A stretch of 64,000 nt of DNA from positions 310,001 through 374,000 of IMG/VR virus record IMGVR_UViG_3300024252_000004, one strand, 5' to 3'. A program made the position numbers and the translations under genes. Below are positions 37,156 to 47,171 of this stretch, one piece after another; within the stretch, counting starts at the first letter, position 1; the number at the start of each line of letters is the position of its first letter. The notes beneath the pieces were generated by a model that made no database searches, was not told where the DNA came from, and saw only the letters and a list, made by a program, of their open reading frames with translations.

Positions 37156-38352
37156 ATGTTGCAAATTTATGAAAAGGTTCCGAGTAAGATGGCTACCATC
37201 ATGGTCACATTTGATGGTGGAGCAAGAGCAGAAGGGGATAAGTTTTCTCCTGGTTTAGCACACATGTTAGAGCACATGATGTTTAAAGGTACGGAGACGA
37301 GGACCAGTATTGAGATACCAAGAGAGATTGCCCTTTTAGGCGGAAGCACTAATGCTTTTACCTCGAATGAGATGGTTAGTTACTTCATCACAGTGCCTTA
37401 TGAGAACCTTGAGCAGGCCATGGCTATCTTGTCCGACATCACCACCAACTCTACTTTCCCAGAGGATGAATTCTTGAAGGAAAGAGAGGTCGTTCTTGAG
37501 GAGGAAGCGGAGGGGCAGGCAAGTATTGACACTTTCCTTTGGGACTCCTTTGCTGGAGACTTCTTCACTGGCAGATTATCCTCTACAGTCATTGGAACTA
37601 AGGAGTCAATCGAAGGATTTACTCTTCCAGAGCTTAAGAAGTTCTACAAGAAATTCTACAGCAGAAGGAATGCTGTTGTTGCGATGAGTTCCTGCCTTGG
37701 CAAGAGAGAGGCCGGAAAGCTGATGAGAAAATACTTCGGAAGAAATTCGAAAAATGTAGCTCATAATGTTCCTGTTTACTCTCCGGAATATGGAGGGGCA
37801 AGGCAGATGAATCTCACAAGGCCATTGATCGAGCACGCATATGTGTGGATGTGTTATCCTGGCAGAACCTATGGTACTGATAACGAGGCAGCAGACTCCG
37901 TTATGCTTTCAATCCTTGGAAGTGGAATGGACAGCAGACTCTTTGAGAATATAAGAGAGAAGCATGGTCTATGCTATGGCATTCATGCAGGAGGTGTTGC
38001 GTTTAGAGATCAGGGATCTATCGTTATCAATTCCTCAACAAGGGCGGAGAATGTCGATAAACTCGTTGGACTTGTGAATGACGAAGTTGAAAAGATGCAG
38101 AATGAATTAATCACCGAAGAGGAGCTTCTTCGTTCTCAAAATCAGTTTAGAGCACAGACATATTCTTTGGCAGAAAATAGCAAGAGTGCAGTTAGTTGGG
38201 CAACCAAGAGGGCCTTCTTTGGGCTCAGCGATATTGATGCAGTCTCAGAGGGCGTAGCTGCCTTAACCAGAGAGGACATCAGAGAGTCTGCTCAGAGATA
38301 TTTTGATAGAGAGAAAGAACTCTTGATGGTAGTTAGACCGGAGGAATCATGA
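37156..38352 (+). CDS. M16 family zinc peptidase
   Basis: GLAHMLEHMMFKGT, NAFTS, SRLFENIREKHGLCY. Confidence 0.93.
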   Translation: MLQIYEKVPSKMATIMVTFDGGARAEGDKFSPGLAHMLEHMMFKGTETRTSIEIPREIALLGGSTNAFTSNEMVSYFITVPYENLEQAMAILSDITTNSTFPEDEFLKEREVVLEEEAEGQASIDTFLWDSFAGDFFTGRLSSTVIGTKESIEGFTLPELKKFYKKFYSRRNAVVAMSSCLGKREAGKLMRKYFGRNSKNVAHNVPVYSPEYGGARQMNLTRPLIEHAYVWMCYPGRTYGTDNEAADSVMLSILGSGMDSRLFENIREKHGLCYGIHAGGVAFRDQGSIVINSSTRAENVDKLVGLVNDEVEKMQNELITEEELLRSQNQFRAQTYSLAENSKSAVSWATKRAFFGLSDIDAVSEGVAALTREDIRESAQRYFDREKELLMVVRPEES

Positions 38353-39335
38353 AGTTAAAGGTAACAGGGGATGTTGATTTCATTGCTCACTCTGCATGGA
38401 TATCAACCGTAAATGAGATGCGCGCAAACGCACGCACGCATGAGGATAAGATTCGAGTTGTGCAGTTCCTTGTGGAACATCATCACACCTCTCCTTTAGA
38501 GGGAATAACTCTTACGTTCACTGACTTTGTAGATGCTGAGAATAGAGAGGTAGAAGATGTTTTTCTTGATTTCGCAGTAAACAAATTTGCGAAATTTACA
38601 TTAGAAGATGATGACGCTATTGCAACAATCGATCTTTTGAATTTCTGCAAGATGACCCTTACACCAAGAGAGGACGATGATGTTGATTTTGGAATACTTT
38701 GGGACGCTTTTGCAGAGCAACGCCCAGAACTTGCTCTGATTCTCACCAGCTTTGGTCCAATTGAGGAACACTTCGCAGAAGAGTTGGAGGCCGATCTTTT
38801 AGGCGAGCATAACATGTCCGTTCAGTTGGTACAGTTTCACGACGGTGGTTCCAGAGAACATAGTCGAGCATCATGGAGAGTGAAGTGTCCGCTGTCGATC
38901 TCAGTGCAGATCCTGCGCCACAGGAGCGGTTCATATAATCAGGTGAGCGGCAGGTACAAGACGATTAGGCAGGAATTGTTCGAGACGCCTGACGATTGTG
39001 CAGAGATCGCTGCACGTATGGGAGAAAACCTCGATAAGTATATGGGTTCTGCTGAGGCATGTATCGCAAGATATCTACAATTTATGAGAAAAGCAAAGAA
39101 ATCTCGTGATGATGAGGTAATATCTAATGATGAGTATAAGAGGATGCGAGAGGTAGCCAGATTCATTCTTCCAGAAGGGCGGATGACGGAACTCTACATC
39201 ACTTATTACTTAGATGACTTTTATGATAATTATCTAAGACTAAGGGATTCTGAACATGCACAAACCGAACATATTTGGATTGCTCAAGAAATGCGTAAGA
39301 CGCTTGAGCAACATAAAACAGAGGATCAAGAATGA
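38349..39335 (+). CDS. thyX: FAD-dependent thymidylate synthase
   Basis: HTSPLE, RHRSGSYNQVSGRY, REVARFILP, LRLR..HAQ.E. Confidence 0.9.
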   Translation: MKLKVTGDVDFIAHSAWISTVNEMRANARTHEDKIRVVQFLVEHHHTSPLEGITLTFTDFVDAENREVEDVFLDFAVNKFAKFTLEDDDAIATIDLLNFCKMTLTPREDDDVDFGILWDAFAEQRPELALILTSFGPIEEHFAEELEADLLGEHNMSVQLVQFHDGGSREHSRASWRVKCPLSISVQILRHRSGSYNQVSGRYKTIRQELFETPDDCAEIAARMGENLDKYMGSAEACIARYLQFMRKAKKSRDDEVISNDEYKRMREVARFILPEGRMTELYITYYLDDFYDNYLRLRDSEHAQTEHIWIAQEMRKTLEQHKTEDQE

Positions 39336-39996
39336 CTTAACGTTTGATCTCAGTTTAGCGGAGGAAGATTTTGCGATTGATGCGATGGATTTCGCTGACG
39401 GCGTAGAGTCTCACGAGCTACCCGTTAATTCGGTTAGCGGAGAGCAGTTAGCCAAATTGTTCTACGATAACTATCAACATTTGCTTCCGCAAACTAAAGA
39501 GCCTGGGCCGCCATGGGGAGAGATTTCTGAGGCTAACAGGCTTCATTTAGTTAGGACCAGCGAAAAAGTGTTGGAGCAGCTCTTTGATGTTAAGATTGAT
39601 ATAGATGAGAAGTATCCAGACGATTTAATGATAGACCTCATTCCTGTTAAGAATTTTTTCGATGAATATGTCGGTGCGATAATTGCTGATTACTCAGCCT
39701 TCGCTGATGATGTTGAGGATCTCGCAGAGGACATTTGCCCTGCCGTGATCGATTCGACTTCTATTAAAGGTAACGCTTTATATATCAAGCTATCCGAAGT
39801 AAACGGAGGCTTTAAGGGTTATCTAAGATTGGAACCTACAAGAGAAGGTGAGTTTGCCCAACGCTACTCAGAAGATGAAGAGATTTGGGCTTCAAGATAT
39901 AGGATTTTATTGTACGGTGGCTCTGCCATTGAATACCTAGATTCGAACCTTGAAGGTACGGCGTTATTTGTTGATAATCAAAAGGAAAACACATGA
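39256..39996 (+). CDS. acidic hypothetical protein (start uncertain)
   Basis: ORF track; probable true start downstream of 39335. Confidence 0.6.
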   Translation: MHKPNIFGLLKKCVRRLSNIKQRIKNDLTFDLSLAEEDFAIDAMDFADGVESHELPVNSVSGEQLAKLFYDNYQHLLPQTKEPGPPWGEISEANRLHLVRTSEKVLEQLFDVKIDIDEKYPDDLMIDLIPVKNFFDEYVGAIIADYSAFADDVEDLAEDICPAVIDSTSIKGNALYIKLSEVNGGFKGYLRLEPTREGEFAQRYSEDEEIWASRYRILLYGGSAIEYLDSNLEGTALFVDNQKENT

Positions 39997-40316
39997 CATT
40001 TGTTAACCTAATATTGTTTATTCTTATTGGCACAGGTATAACTAATGTTGTGGTTAACGCATCAATCCTTGACAGGGTTAGAGATATGTTGACAAGTAAG
40101 TCTGATTTTCTGTCCGGCTTATTGGGATGCATGCTTTGCTCTGGTTTTTGGGTAGGAGCCTTACTATCACTTGGCTACACAGGCATTGGCTTAATTGCTG
40201 GTGGCGCAGTAGTTAGTTTACTGAGTTATACATTTGGGAGTGTTATGGAATATCTCCATGCATCAATCACTGTAAAGGAAGCTCAGGTTGAATACATAGA
40301 TGATGAGGAAGAATAA
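39993..40316 (+). CDS. DUF1360-like membrane protein
   Basis: Hydrophobic helices with LLGCMLCSGFWVG. Confidence 0.65.
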   Translation: MTFVNLILFILIGTGITNVVVNASILDRVRDMLTSKSDFLSGLLGCMLCSGFWVGALLSLGYTGIGLIAGGAVVSLLSYTFGSVMEYLHASITVKEAQVEYIDDEEE

Positions 40317-40807
40317 TGAGATATTCGGTTCCCGAAAAAGTAATGAGATTATTGTGGGAAGATGACAAATTTTTTAATGTGACCTGCAAGTCGGCCAGGG
40401 TTTCTGTAAATTGTTTTCCAAAGAATGACCAGTGGGTTGATGAAAGAGGTTTTAATATGTCTTTTGCGCTTGCCGGATACGGTCCAAAAGACCTTTTGGT
40501 ACAAATCGCATCGAGCACCTTGACTATTTCCAGTAACGGAATTGCTGAGGTATCACCTGAGCAGCCAGTTATTAAAGAGAGCGATGATGCTATGGATGAA
40601 TATACAAAAACTGCTAAGCAGGTTATTCAGAAGGGCGCCATTTCGAGAGGAATTGCTCGCAGAAGCTTCAAAGTTAGTCATGCTATTTCAGATGCATTTG
40701 ATTGTTATAAAGCTATGGCCAGCATTGAGCATGGCTTGCTTCACATAGTAATCCCACCCAAAGAATCCATTGGGGTAAAAGTTGTGGATATCATGGAGAA
40801 CGGATGA
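40316..40807 (+). CDS. small heat shock protein (Hsp20/IbpA-like)
   Basis: FALAGY, RGIARRSF, ASIEHGLLHI.IP. Confidence 0.88.
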   Translation: MRYSVPEKVMRLLWEDDKFFNVTCKSARVSVNCFPKNDQWVDERGFNMSFALAGYGPKDLLVQIASSTLTISSNGIAEVSPEQPVIKESDDAMDEYTKTAKQVIQKGAISRGIARRSFKVSHAISDAFDCYKAMASIEHGLLHIVIPPKESIGVKVVDIMENG

Positions 40808-41058
40808 TGTTATCGATCAGAGAATTAGTCGAAGGTGTGGTGTCCTCAATTGTTGACAACACAGACACGGTAGAGATTGTCGAGGAAGAAACTGACAGTG
40901 GACTTCTGTTCACGATTACTGTAGGCAAAGACGATGTCGGTAAGCTTATAGGTAAGGAAGGTCGCGTGGCAAGCGCCCTCCGCACAGTTGTGAAGGCAGC
41001 GGGTGCAAAGAAGGGTCAGAGAGTCCTCGTTAACGTAAATAATAAACCGTTAGGGTAA
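40804..41058 (+). CDS. khpA: single KH-domain RNA-binding protein (KhpA-like)
   Basis: IVDNTDTV..DDVGKLIGKEGRVASALRTVV. Confidence 0.85.
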   Translation: MMLSIRELVEGVVSSIVDNTDTVEIVEEETDSGLLFTITVGKDDVGKLIGKEGRVASALRTVVKAAGAKKGQRVLVNVNNKPLG

Positions 41059-41063
41059 GGATT

Positions 41064-41267
41064 ATGATGATGTCTGAAAGCAAACTCGATGTCTTGACGA
41101 AGAAGATCATCAAGATGTATAAGAACTACGGTTTAGATGTATCGAATATGTCTGATGAAGAAATTTCTCGAATTCGCGAGAAGTATGAAAAGATGGGATC
41201 GAATATAGATAACGACTTGAAAAAGTCTGAAAAGTATTCAGGTAATTTTTCAGACCATATTCTATAA
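41064..41267 (+). CDS. small hypothetical protein
   Basis: AAGGA RBS. Confidence 0.6.
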   Translation: MMMSESKLDVLTKKIIKMYKNYGLDVSNMSDEEISRIREKYEKMGSNIDNDLKKSEKYSGNFSDHIL

Positions 41268-41302
41268 ATGTTTTATTGCCTGCTGTATTGGTTGTGTAAA
41301 AT

Positions 41303-41779
41303 ATGAAAGTTTGCAAAAAATGTGGCGAACCAAAGCCATTAGAAAATTATTACCGTTCTGGTAAAGGAAAAAGAAGAGGAACCTGTGTTGGTTGCTACAG
41401 AGATCATAGAAAGGTTTCTGACCATAAACCCGAAAGTAGATTTAAAAAATACAAGAGGGACGCACGCCGCAGAAGTTTAGAGTTTAAACTTAGCAGAGAA
41501 CAGTTCTTTTCCTTTCACGGTAAGTCTTGCCGATACTGCGGAGTAAGCGTTACTCCGATTAGTTTAGACAGAATAGACAACAACCAAGGCTACTTGATAG
41601 AAAATGTTGATGCGTGTTGTCATTGGTGCAATAGATTAAAGCACATTTTTGGCGAGACAGATTTTCTAACGCATATTGAAAAGATATGTAATTATCAAAT
41701 AGGAAAAAATGATGATAAACAAGAAAGTCTTAGCCAAAAAGTTAGCGAAAAGCACACTCCTAACACAGAAAGAGGCTGA
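41303..41779 (+). CDS. His-Me finger (HNH-like) endonuclease
   Basis: KVCKKC.E.KPL..C..C; CRYCG..SLDRIDNNQGY..NV..CC.WCN.LK. Confidence 0.82.
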   Translation: MKVCKKCGEPKPLENYYRSGKGKRRGTCVGCYRDHRKVSDHKPESRFKKYKRDARRRSLEFKLSREQFFSFHGKSCRYCGVSVTPISLDRIDNNQGYLIENVDACCHWCNRLKHIFGETDFLTHIEKICNYQIGKNDDKQESLSQKVSEKHTPNTERG

Positions 41780-42014
41780 TCAGGTAGTGGATAAACTCTT
41801 CAGCATTGTGCTTGAAGAACTGAAGAAGGGACAGGACATCTCAATCGTAGGATTTGGAAAGTTTTATTTGTACGAGCATAAGTCACGTCCTGTTCGAAAT
41901 CCAAAAAATCAAGAAGAGATGATGCTTAAGCCTTATAAGTCAATGAGGTTTAAGACGAGCAACGTTGTGAAAAAACTACTAAAAGATCTGTCTTATAGTG
42001 AAGATTCAGAATAA
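41709..42014 (+). CDS. HU/IHF DNA-binding protein
   Basis: NKKVLAKKLA, GFGKF, RPVRNPK, RFK. Confidence 0.92.
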   Translation: MMINKKVLAKKLAKSTLLTQKEADQVVDKLFSIVLEELKKGQDISIVGFGKFYLYEHKSRPVRNPKNQEEMMLKPYKSMRFKTSNVVKKLLKDLSYSEDSE

Positions 42015-42035
42015 GACTGAAGAGGTAGGATTACT

Positions 42036-43337
42036 ATGGCAACAGACAGCTCAACTAAATTGACAAAATTTGTAAGGTCACAGACCATCGTAACCGCAGA
42101 CTTCGCCAACGCAATGTATGGCGGACTGTACGGCACGACGGAAGGTGATGCATTGGACGCAGATGATCCTCGCGTAGCAGGACACGTCCATGATGGGGAG
42201 AATGCCGATGGTCATTCTCAGAAAGTACATCTTGTAAATCACGTTACCGACCAGTTAACGAATTCGAACTTAGCTGATGATGCGGTTACGAAAAGAAATG
42301 TTGCAAGTTTCACAGATGCCTCAGATGCCATTCCGGAATCGGAAGTCATCGATGGGACAACGTATTACTACCTTGACATCGATCAACCCATTGGTTATTC
42401 GACACTACAACTCTCGGCAGATGGAGGCTCGGTTTCAGGCGATGGTGCCGGAGACATTGAAGCAGATTCATCTGAAGATACGGTTAATATCAAAGCTGGT
42501 TCCGGAATTGATATTCTCACAGACTTAACAAATGATTCGCTTACAATTAGCAGCACTGCACAGAGTTTTGGAATTGTGGCCATGGGAGCAACGTCCGGAG
42601 AGACGGGACAGTTTTCAGGAACAGGCCCTCTTGAGTCGGATCTTGCGAGAGATACCGTAACTCTTGAAGCTGGTTATGGTATGGACATCACTGGTGACGC
42701 ATCAGGTGACATAGTTAAGTTTAGAGCACAACACTCTATGACGTATCAGCTTCTTGGTCTTGACGCTTGGGTTAATGGTAATTCGCCGGCCGGATGGGGC
42801 ACAGTACAGACAAGACATTATACAGATGGTGGCGGCAGTGATTTGTCATATACCTATCAGATCGTTGCTGATGATGATTATGTTTATGCGACTGTACCTA
42901 TTCCGGAGAATGCATTTGGAGATAGGCCAGATAAGGTTGTGTTTAAATCATACTTCATTGCAGCAGATCAGGGAACAGCTTATCTCGCAGCACTAAATCC
43001 TGATCCTACTTTTACAATCAGTTTGGAAATAGGTTCTAATGAGACCCAAGCAGACAACGTTGATAAAGGAACGATTGAAGATGACCAAGATATTACCGCT
43101 TCCGGTATGAATCTTTGGACAACAGGTATCGCGGTGGCTTCCACTGCTGTAACAGGGCCTAACAGATATTACATTCTGACTTGGCCGGAGCAGACTTTAG
43201 GCAAAAGTGGTGTCGGACTTTTAAGTATAAGAATGACTGGAACTACAGGTTTCTCATCTGGCATTGGTGACTTTGATAATGGTACTAACAGGGGTCGGGC
43301 TGAATTTATCAAAGCAGAACTAACCTGGTATTACTAA
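42036..43337 (+). CDS. probable virion structural/tail fibre protein
   Basis: GHVHDG..GHS metal-knot-like motif; repeated D-T-V..AG.G.DI units. Confidence 0.65.
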   Translation: MATDSSTKLTKFVRSQTIVTADFANAMYGGLYGTTEGDALDADDPRVAGHVHDGENADGHSQKVHLVNHVTDQLTNSNLADDAVTKRNVASFTDASDAIPESEVIDGTTYYYLDIDQPIGYSTLQLSADGGSVSGDGAGDIEADSSEDTVNIKAGSGIDILTDLTNDSLTISSTAQSFGIVAMGATSGETGQFSGTGPLESDLARDTVTLEAGYGMDITGDASGDIVKFRAQHSMTYQLLGLDAWVNGNSPAGWGTVQTRHYTDGGGSDLSYTYQIVADDDYVYATVPIPENAFGDRPDKVVFKSYFIAADQGTAYLAALNPDPTFTISLEIGSNETQADNVDKGTIEDDQDITASGMNLWTTGIAVASTAVTGPNRYYILTWPEQTLGKSGVGLLSIRMTGTTGFSSGIGDFDNGTNRGRAEFIKAELTWYY

Positions 43338-43367
43338 GATATCTTTGCCTACGAATGAGCGAAGTTT

Positions 43368-43393
43368 TCTAAATTTCCCACAAGGGGTTATAA
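43368..43393 (+). promoter_or_regulatory. promoter-like motif B
   Basis: TCTAA-ATTTCCCACAAGGG-GTTATAA. Confidence 0.7.
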
Positions 43394-43438
43394 GTATGCA
43401 GGTAAGGTTTTTCGCCCCTGCTGGCCAAGGGGAGCAAC

Positions 43439-43783
43439 GTGGAAAAATTAGAAGCATATTTGATCCTCGGATGCAATGGACACTGCGGAAAAGATGGGTT
43501 CATCAACTGTACGGGGATATCAAATGTCGTTATAGACCTTGAAGAGCTTGGCGACGGAACTTATGCTAGGCTATTACAATTCCTCGAAGGCCCATGTGAA
43601 TTATTTGAAAAGGCCATGTATAATAGGAATAAGGTTGCTAATACATTAGCAATGATACATCGGGATTATGGTGCTATACCACAGAAGATGCTTTTCAACA
43701 TACAGGGTTTTATGCAAATGCATAGAAAATGTGGGCACTACATGATTTTAATTATGAAAGAGGATTACACTAAACATGGCTGA
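43439..43783 (+). CDS. hypothetical Cys/His protein
   Basis: GGGGAG RBS, GTG start. Confidence 0.7.
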   Translation: MEKLEAYLILGCNGHCGKDGFINCTGISNVVIDLEELGDGTYARLLQFLEGPCELFEKAMYNRNKVANTLAMIHRDYGAIPQKMLFNIQGFMQMHRKCGHYMILIMKEDYTKHG

Positions 43784-44150
43784 AACACCAAGCTCCAAAT
43801 ATATGGAGTCAAAAAAAATTAGAGACGCCCAAACAGATATGCTGAGGGCGATTGATGAATACAAAGCTGTCCTTAAAGATAGCGTTCATCCAGACAATCA
43901 GAACGTAGCCTACAAGAAAAGAGAGCAACACGCTCTTGATAAGATGATTAGAGGCGCAAGCGATTTGGATTCTCTGATGGATGAGCCGGGAGCAGGAATA
44001 TTCGGGCTCATTAGTTTATTGTTCCGCTCAAATCTTTATCTCAAAAATGAGATCATAAAAGTGAGGAAGGAGCTTAAGCAGAATGAAGTAAAGCTTATGA
44101 AACTTCAGGCCAATGCTAAGGGTGCAAAGAAAAGAACGAAGGCAAAGTAA
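43776..44150 (+). CDS. hypothetical coiled-coil protein
   Basis: GAGGA RBS. Confidence 0.7.
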   Translation: MAETPSSKYMESKKIRDAQTDMLRAIDEYKAVLKDSVHPDNQNVAYKKREQHALDKMIRGASDLDSLMDEPGAGIFGLISLLFRSNLYLKNEIIKVRKELKQNEVKLMKLQANAKGAKKRTKAK

Positions 44151-44380
44151 TGACCCTTAGTGAGTTCTATAGAATAACTGAGGCGCAACATAATCAGCAA
44201 CAAGAGAAGATCAACGAATATGTCGCTCTTGCTAAAAATGCTGGTGTTGCGGAAGAAGAATACAAGAAGGACACTGTTTACATTGCGCTTGTTACCGAAG
44301 CTGAAAAATATAGATTTGCAAAGAATCTTATAATGCAGCACATTAAACCAAAGGATAAGAACACCTTTTTCAAACGTTAA
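44150..44380 (+). CDS. hypothetical protein
   Basis: TAATG coupling. Confidence 0.6.
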   Translation: MTLSEFYRITEAQHNQQQEKINEYVALAKNAGVAEEEYKKDTVYIALVTEAEKYRFAKNLIMQHIKPKDKNTFFKR

Positions 44381-44395
44381 AGGAGATGAAGACTC

Positions 44396-45454
44396 TTGAA
44401 TTCTAAAGCTGTTGAATTTGAAAAATTGCTTGAGTTAGCCAAAATTAAAGTTGATAACATTACATTAGAAGAGACACCCTTCATCGACAAATACGAAGTC
44501 AGATTGATGGATGGAGTGAAGTATTCTAAGTTAGAAAAAGTCCTGCCGGAACTCGGCATGACATTAAAAGCCAAAGCTTGCCCAATCGGTTATCCGGTTA
44601 TGGAACGAGGCATTTATCGCATTGAGGTGCAGAAGGTATCTTTAGCGTCCACTCCATATGCGGAGCTTAGGAGTATCAGAGGGGAAGGCTACGCGCCTGT
44701 CTCCTTGGGTGTAGATAATTGTGGCATGCCTTTTGGTATCGACCTTCAGACTCTGCCGAACCTTTTAATAGGAGGCACTCCAGGCGCAGGCAAGAGCATG
44801 CTTTTGCACTCCATCATCCTGTCTCTAATAGAGAAGAACTCCAAACTATACTTGGTAGATCCCAAGATGGTAGAGTTTAATATGTACGAGGATCTCAGAA
44901 CCGTTTCGGGCATTGAGCATAGTGTTAAGGGTGTTTATGGCATTATTAATTCGGTTACGGAGATAATGAATAATAGGTTCGAGCGCCTCAGAGATAAAGG
45001 TTATCGAGATGTAATGTCATATAACTCGAACGCACGCACGCCTATGCGTCCTGTGGTCATAGTTGTAGATGAGTGGGCCGATATCATCTTACAGGATAAG
45101 AAGATTCAGAAGCCTCTCTGTGTCATCGCTCAGAAAGGTAGGGCTGCTGGGATCTCAGTTATCTTGGCTACTCAGAGGCCATCATCAGAAGTAATCCCAG
45201 GATTGATCAAAGCTAATTTCTCGGGTAGGATAGCCCTAAGGGTGGCGTCGTACAGGGATAGCATGATTATCCTTGACAAGAAAGGTGCAGAGAAGCTACG
45301 TGATGTGGGTACTGGTTTATATATGGATCATCGCCGCGCCACCCCAATGTTATTTAGAAGTCCATATATCGGGAATTTGGCAGAAGCCAAAAAGGTTTCT
45401 TTAGATATCTACAAAGAAATTAATCCTTCGGTATGGAAAAGGTTATTTGGATGA
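44396..45454 (+). CDS. FtsK/SpoIIIE motor-domain ATPase
   Basis: PNLLIGGTPGAGKS, VDPKMVEF, IVVDEWAD, KGRAAGI.VILATQRPS, GAEKL. Confidence 0.93.
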   Translation: MNSKAVEFEKLLELAKIKVDNITLEETPFIDKYEVRLMDGVKYSKLEKVLPELGMTLKAKACPIGYPVMERGIYRIEVQKVSLASTPYAELRSIRGEGYAPVSLGVDNCGMPFGIDLQTLPNLLIGGTPGAGKSMLLHSIILSLIEKNSKLYLVDPKMVEFNMYEDLRTVSGIEHSVKGVYGIINSVTEIMNNRFERLRDKGYRDVMSYNSNARTPMRPVVIVVDEWADIILQDKKIQKPLCVIAQKGRAAGISVILATQRPSSEVIPGLIKANFSGRIALRVASYRDSMIILDKKGAEKLRDVGTGLYMDHRRATPMLFRSPYIGNLAEAKKVSLDIYKEINPSVWKRLFG

Positions 45455-45987
45455 AGAAATTTGCGAGCAAACAAGACATCATAAAGACTGTTAGCATTGT
45501 TAAGCTCGCAGAAGAGGCCGGTCTCTCAATGGAAGACTGTGTATCTGGAAACTTTGACCTGAGATGTAAGTGTCCTGCAAAGGATCACAAGGGTGGCAAC
45601 GAAAGGACAGCCTCTTTATACATCGATAGCAACAATAACAACTTTTATTGCTACGGATGTGGCGCATCATCCAATGTCCTTGATTTTTATATGCTGGTAA
45701 ACAATATAGAATTCGGAGAAGCCTTCAGAACTTTGAGAGAGAGGGCAATCCCCTCTGGTGAAAAAACCACCTTCATTGGGAAAGCTTCGAACTTCGTTGT
45801 ATTGATGGAAATATCTGAATTTTTTAGAGTCCAAATGTTGAAAAACAGTAAGGATTTGAAGTGGATAAGCGGTATAATGAAGAAGACAGATAAGTATTTG
45901 GAAGGCATAGAATCCACTGATGTGGCGAAAACAAGAGCCCTTCTGATTTCACTCAAAAAGACATTTAAGAAGAGGTATTCTATATGA
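45451..45987 (+). CDS. stand-alone CHC2 primase zinc-binding domain protein
   Basis: CPAKDH..ERTASL..FYCYGCG; no TOPRIM domain. Confidence 0.85.
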   Translation: MKKFASKQDIIKTVSIVKLAEEAGLSMEDCVSGNFDLRCKCPAKDHKGGNERTASLYIDSNNNNFYCYGCGASSNVLDFYMLVNNIEFGEAFRTLRERAIPSGEKTTFIGKASNFVVLMEISEFFRVQMLKNSKDLKWISGIMKKTDKYLEGIESTDVAKTRALLISLKKTFKKRYSI

Positions 45988-47171
45988 GAGTAGCAATCCT
46001 GGGGGATACTCACATCGGTGCTATTTTTGGATTAGGTAGCTCTAAGCCCGAAGGTGGAAACACAAGGGTCGATGACTACAAGGCAACACTTAATTATATT
46101 GTAGACTACTGCATTGATAGTGGTATTGATTTGTTCATACAAACTGGTGATGTATTTGAATCAAGAAATCCATCGCCAGAGCATATGTCAATCTTTAATG
46201 ATGCGCTCAGGCGCCTATCCTTAGCTGGCGTAGCGGTTGCTGTAATCATGGGCAATCACGACTATCGTAGAAGTGGTAACACTTTCACAAGTGCGATCTC
46301 TTCTATGGCTGCTGTGTATTATCCGAACGTTAAGATTGCACTTGAGCCGGAGATTCTTGAGTTAAAGAAGGGCGGAGAACACCTACAGGTTGTGCTCATC
46401 CCTTACAGAGATAGAAAAATGTACGAAGGATCCACAACGGAGGAAGACTCATTGCTGTATGAGCAAGAGGTTAAGGAACTGGTTTCAGCTTGTGATCCAG
46501 ATAGTCCAATCATCGCCGTTGGTCATAATTTTTTCAAAGAGAACTCCTACAATGATTATGGCGGTTTAGAAGTTTTGCCAAGCTTTAACGCTTTCGATGG
46601 TTGTGACATGGTGACGATGGGTCACTATCATGGTTTCAAGATTCTGAGGAAAATAAAGCCTATTGCAATCTATGCAGGTTCGATGGAGAAGTCGAACTTC
46701 GGGGATGAAAAGGTTAAGAAGTATTTCGTAGAGTACGACACTGCGAAGAAGAAAGTGAAATTCATAAAAACTCCTGTTCGCGAACTGCTCAATGGCACTA
46801 CTGATCTGTCAATGTATGACACCGAGCACTTCTGGAAAGCACTGAAAGATGAATTTTCGAAAGTAGATTTCAAGGATAAGATTGTAAGATACAATATCGC
46901 CTTACAGGGCAAGATTCTTCCGACGATTAAGAGGACAGACATCAGAGATATGCTCTATGATCTTGGTGCCTACTTCGTTTCGAAGGTGACGCTTGAGCCT
47001 ATTTTTAATAGGATGGTCAGAGACAGTGCTGTCCTTGAGCATAAGGACGATATGTCAAGAACTCAGGCTTTTATTGATAGCCAGCCATACGATGACGAGC
47101 TAAAAGCAAAGCTCCTCAAAGAGGCAAAACTTATTGTAGGAACGAATGACTCCACTATTTCTGAAACTTGA
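45984..47171 (+). CDS. sbcD: SbcD/Mre11-like nuclease
   Basis: GDTHIG, TGDVF, GNHD, MGHYH, YAGS; adjacent to SbcC. Confidence 0.9.
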   Translation: MRVAILGDTHIGAIFGLGSSKPEGGNTRVDDYKATLNYIVDYCIDSGIDLFIQTGDVFESRNPSPEHMSIFNDALRRLSLAGVAVAVIMGNHDYRRSGNTFTSAISSMAAVYYPNVKIALEPEILELKKGGEHLQVVLIPYRDRKMYEGSTTEEDSLLYEQEVKELVSACDPDSPIIAVGHNFFKENSYNDYGGLEVLPSFNAFDGCDMVTMGHYHGFKILRKIKPIAIYAGSMEKSNFGDEKVKKYFVEYDTAKKKVKFIKTPVRELLNGTTDLSMYDTEHFWKALKDEFSKVDFKDKIVRYNIALQGKILPTIKRTDIRDMLYDLGAYFVSKVTLEPIFNRMVRDSAVLEHKDDMSRTQAFIDSQPYDDELKAKLLKEAKLIVGTNDSTISET

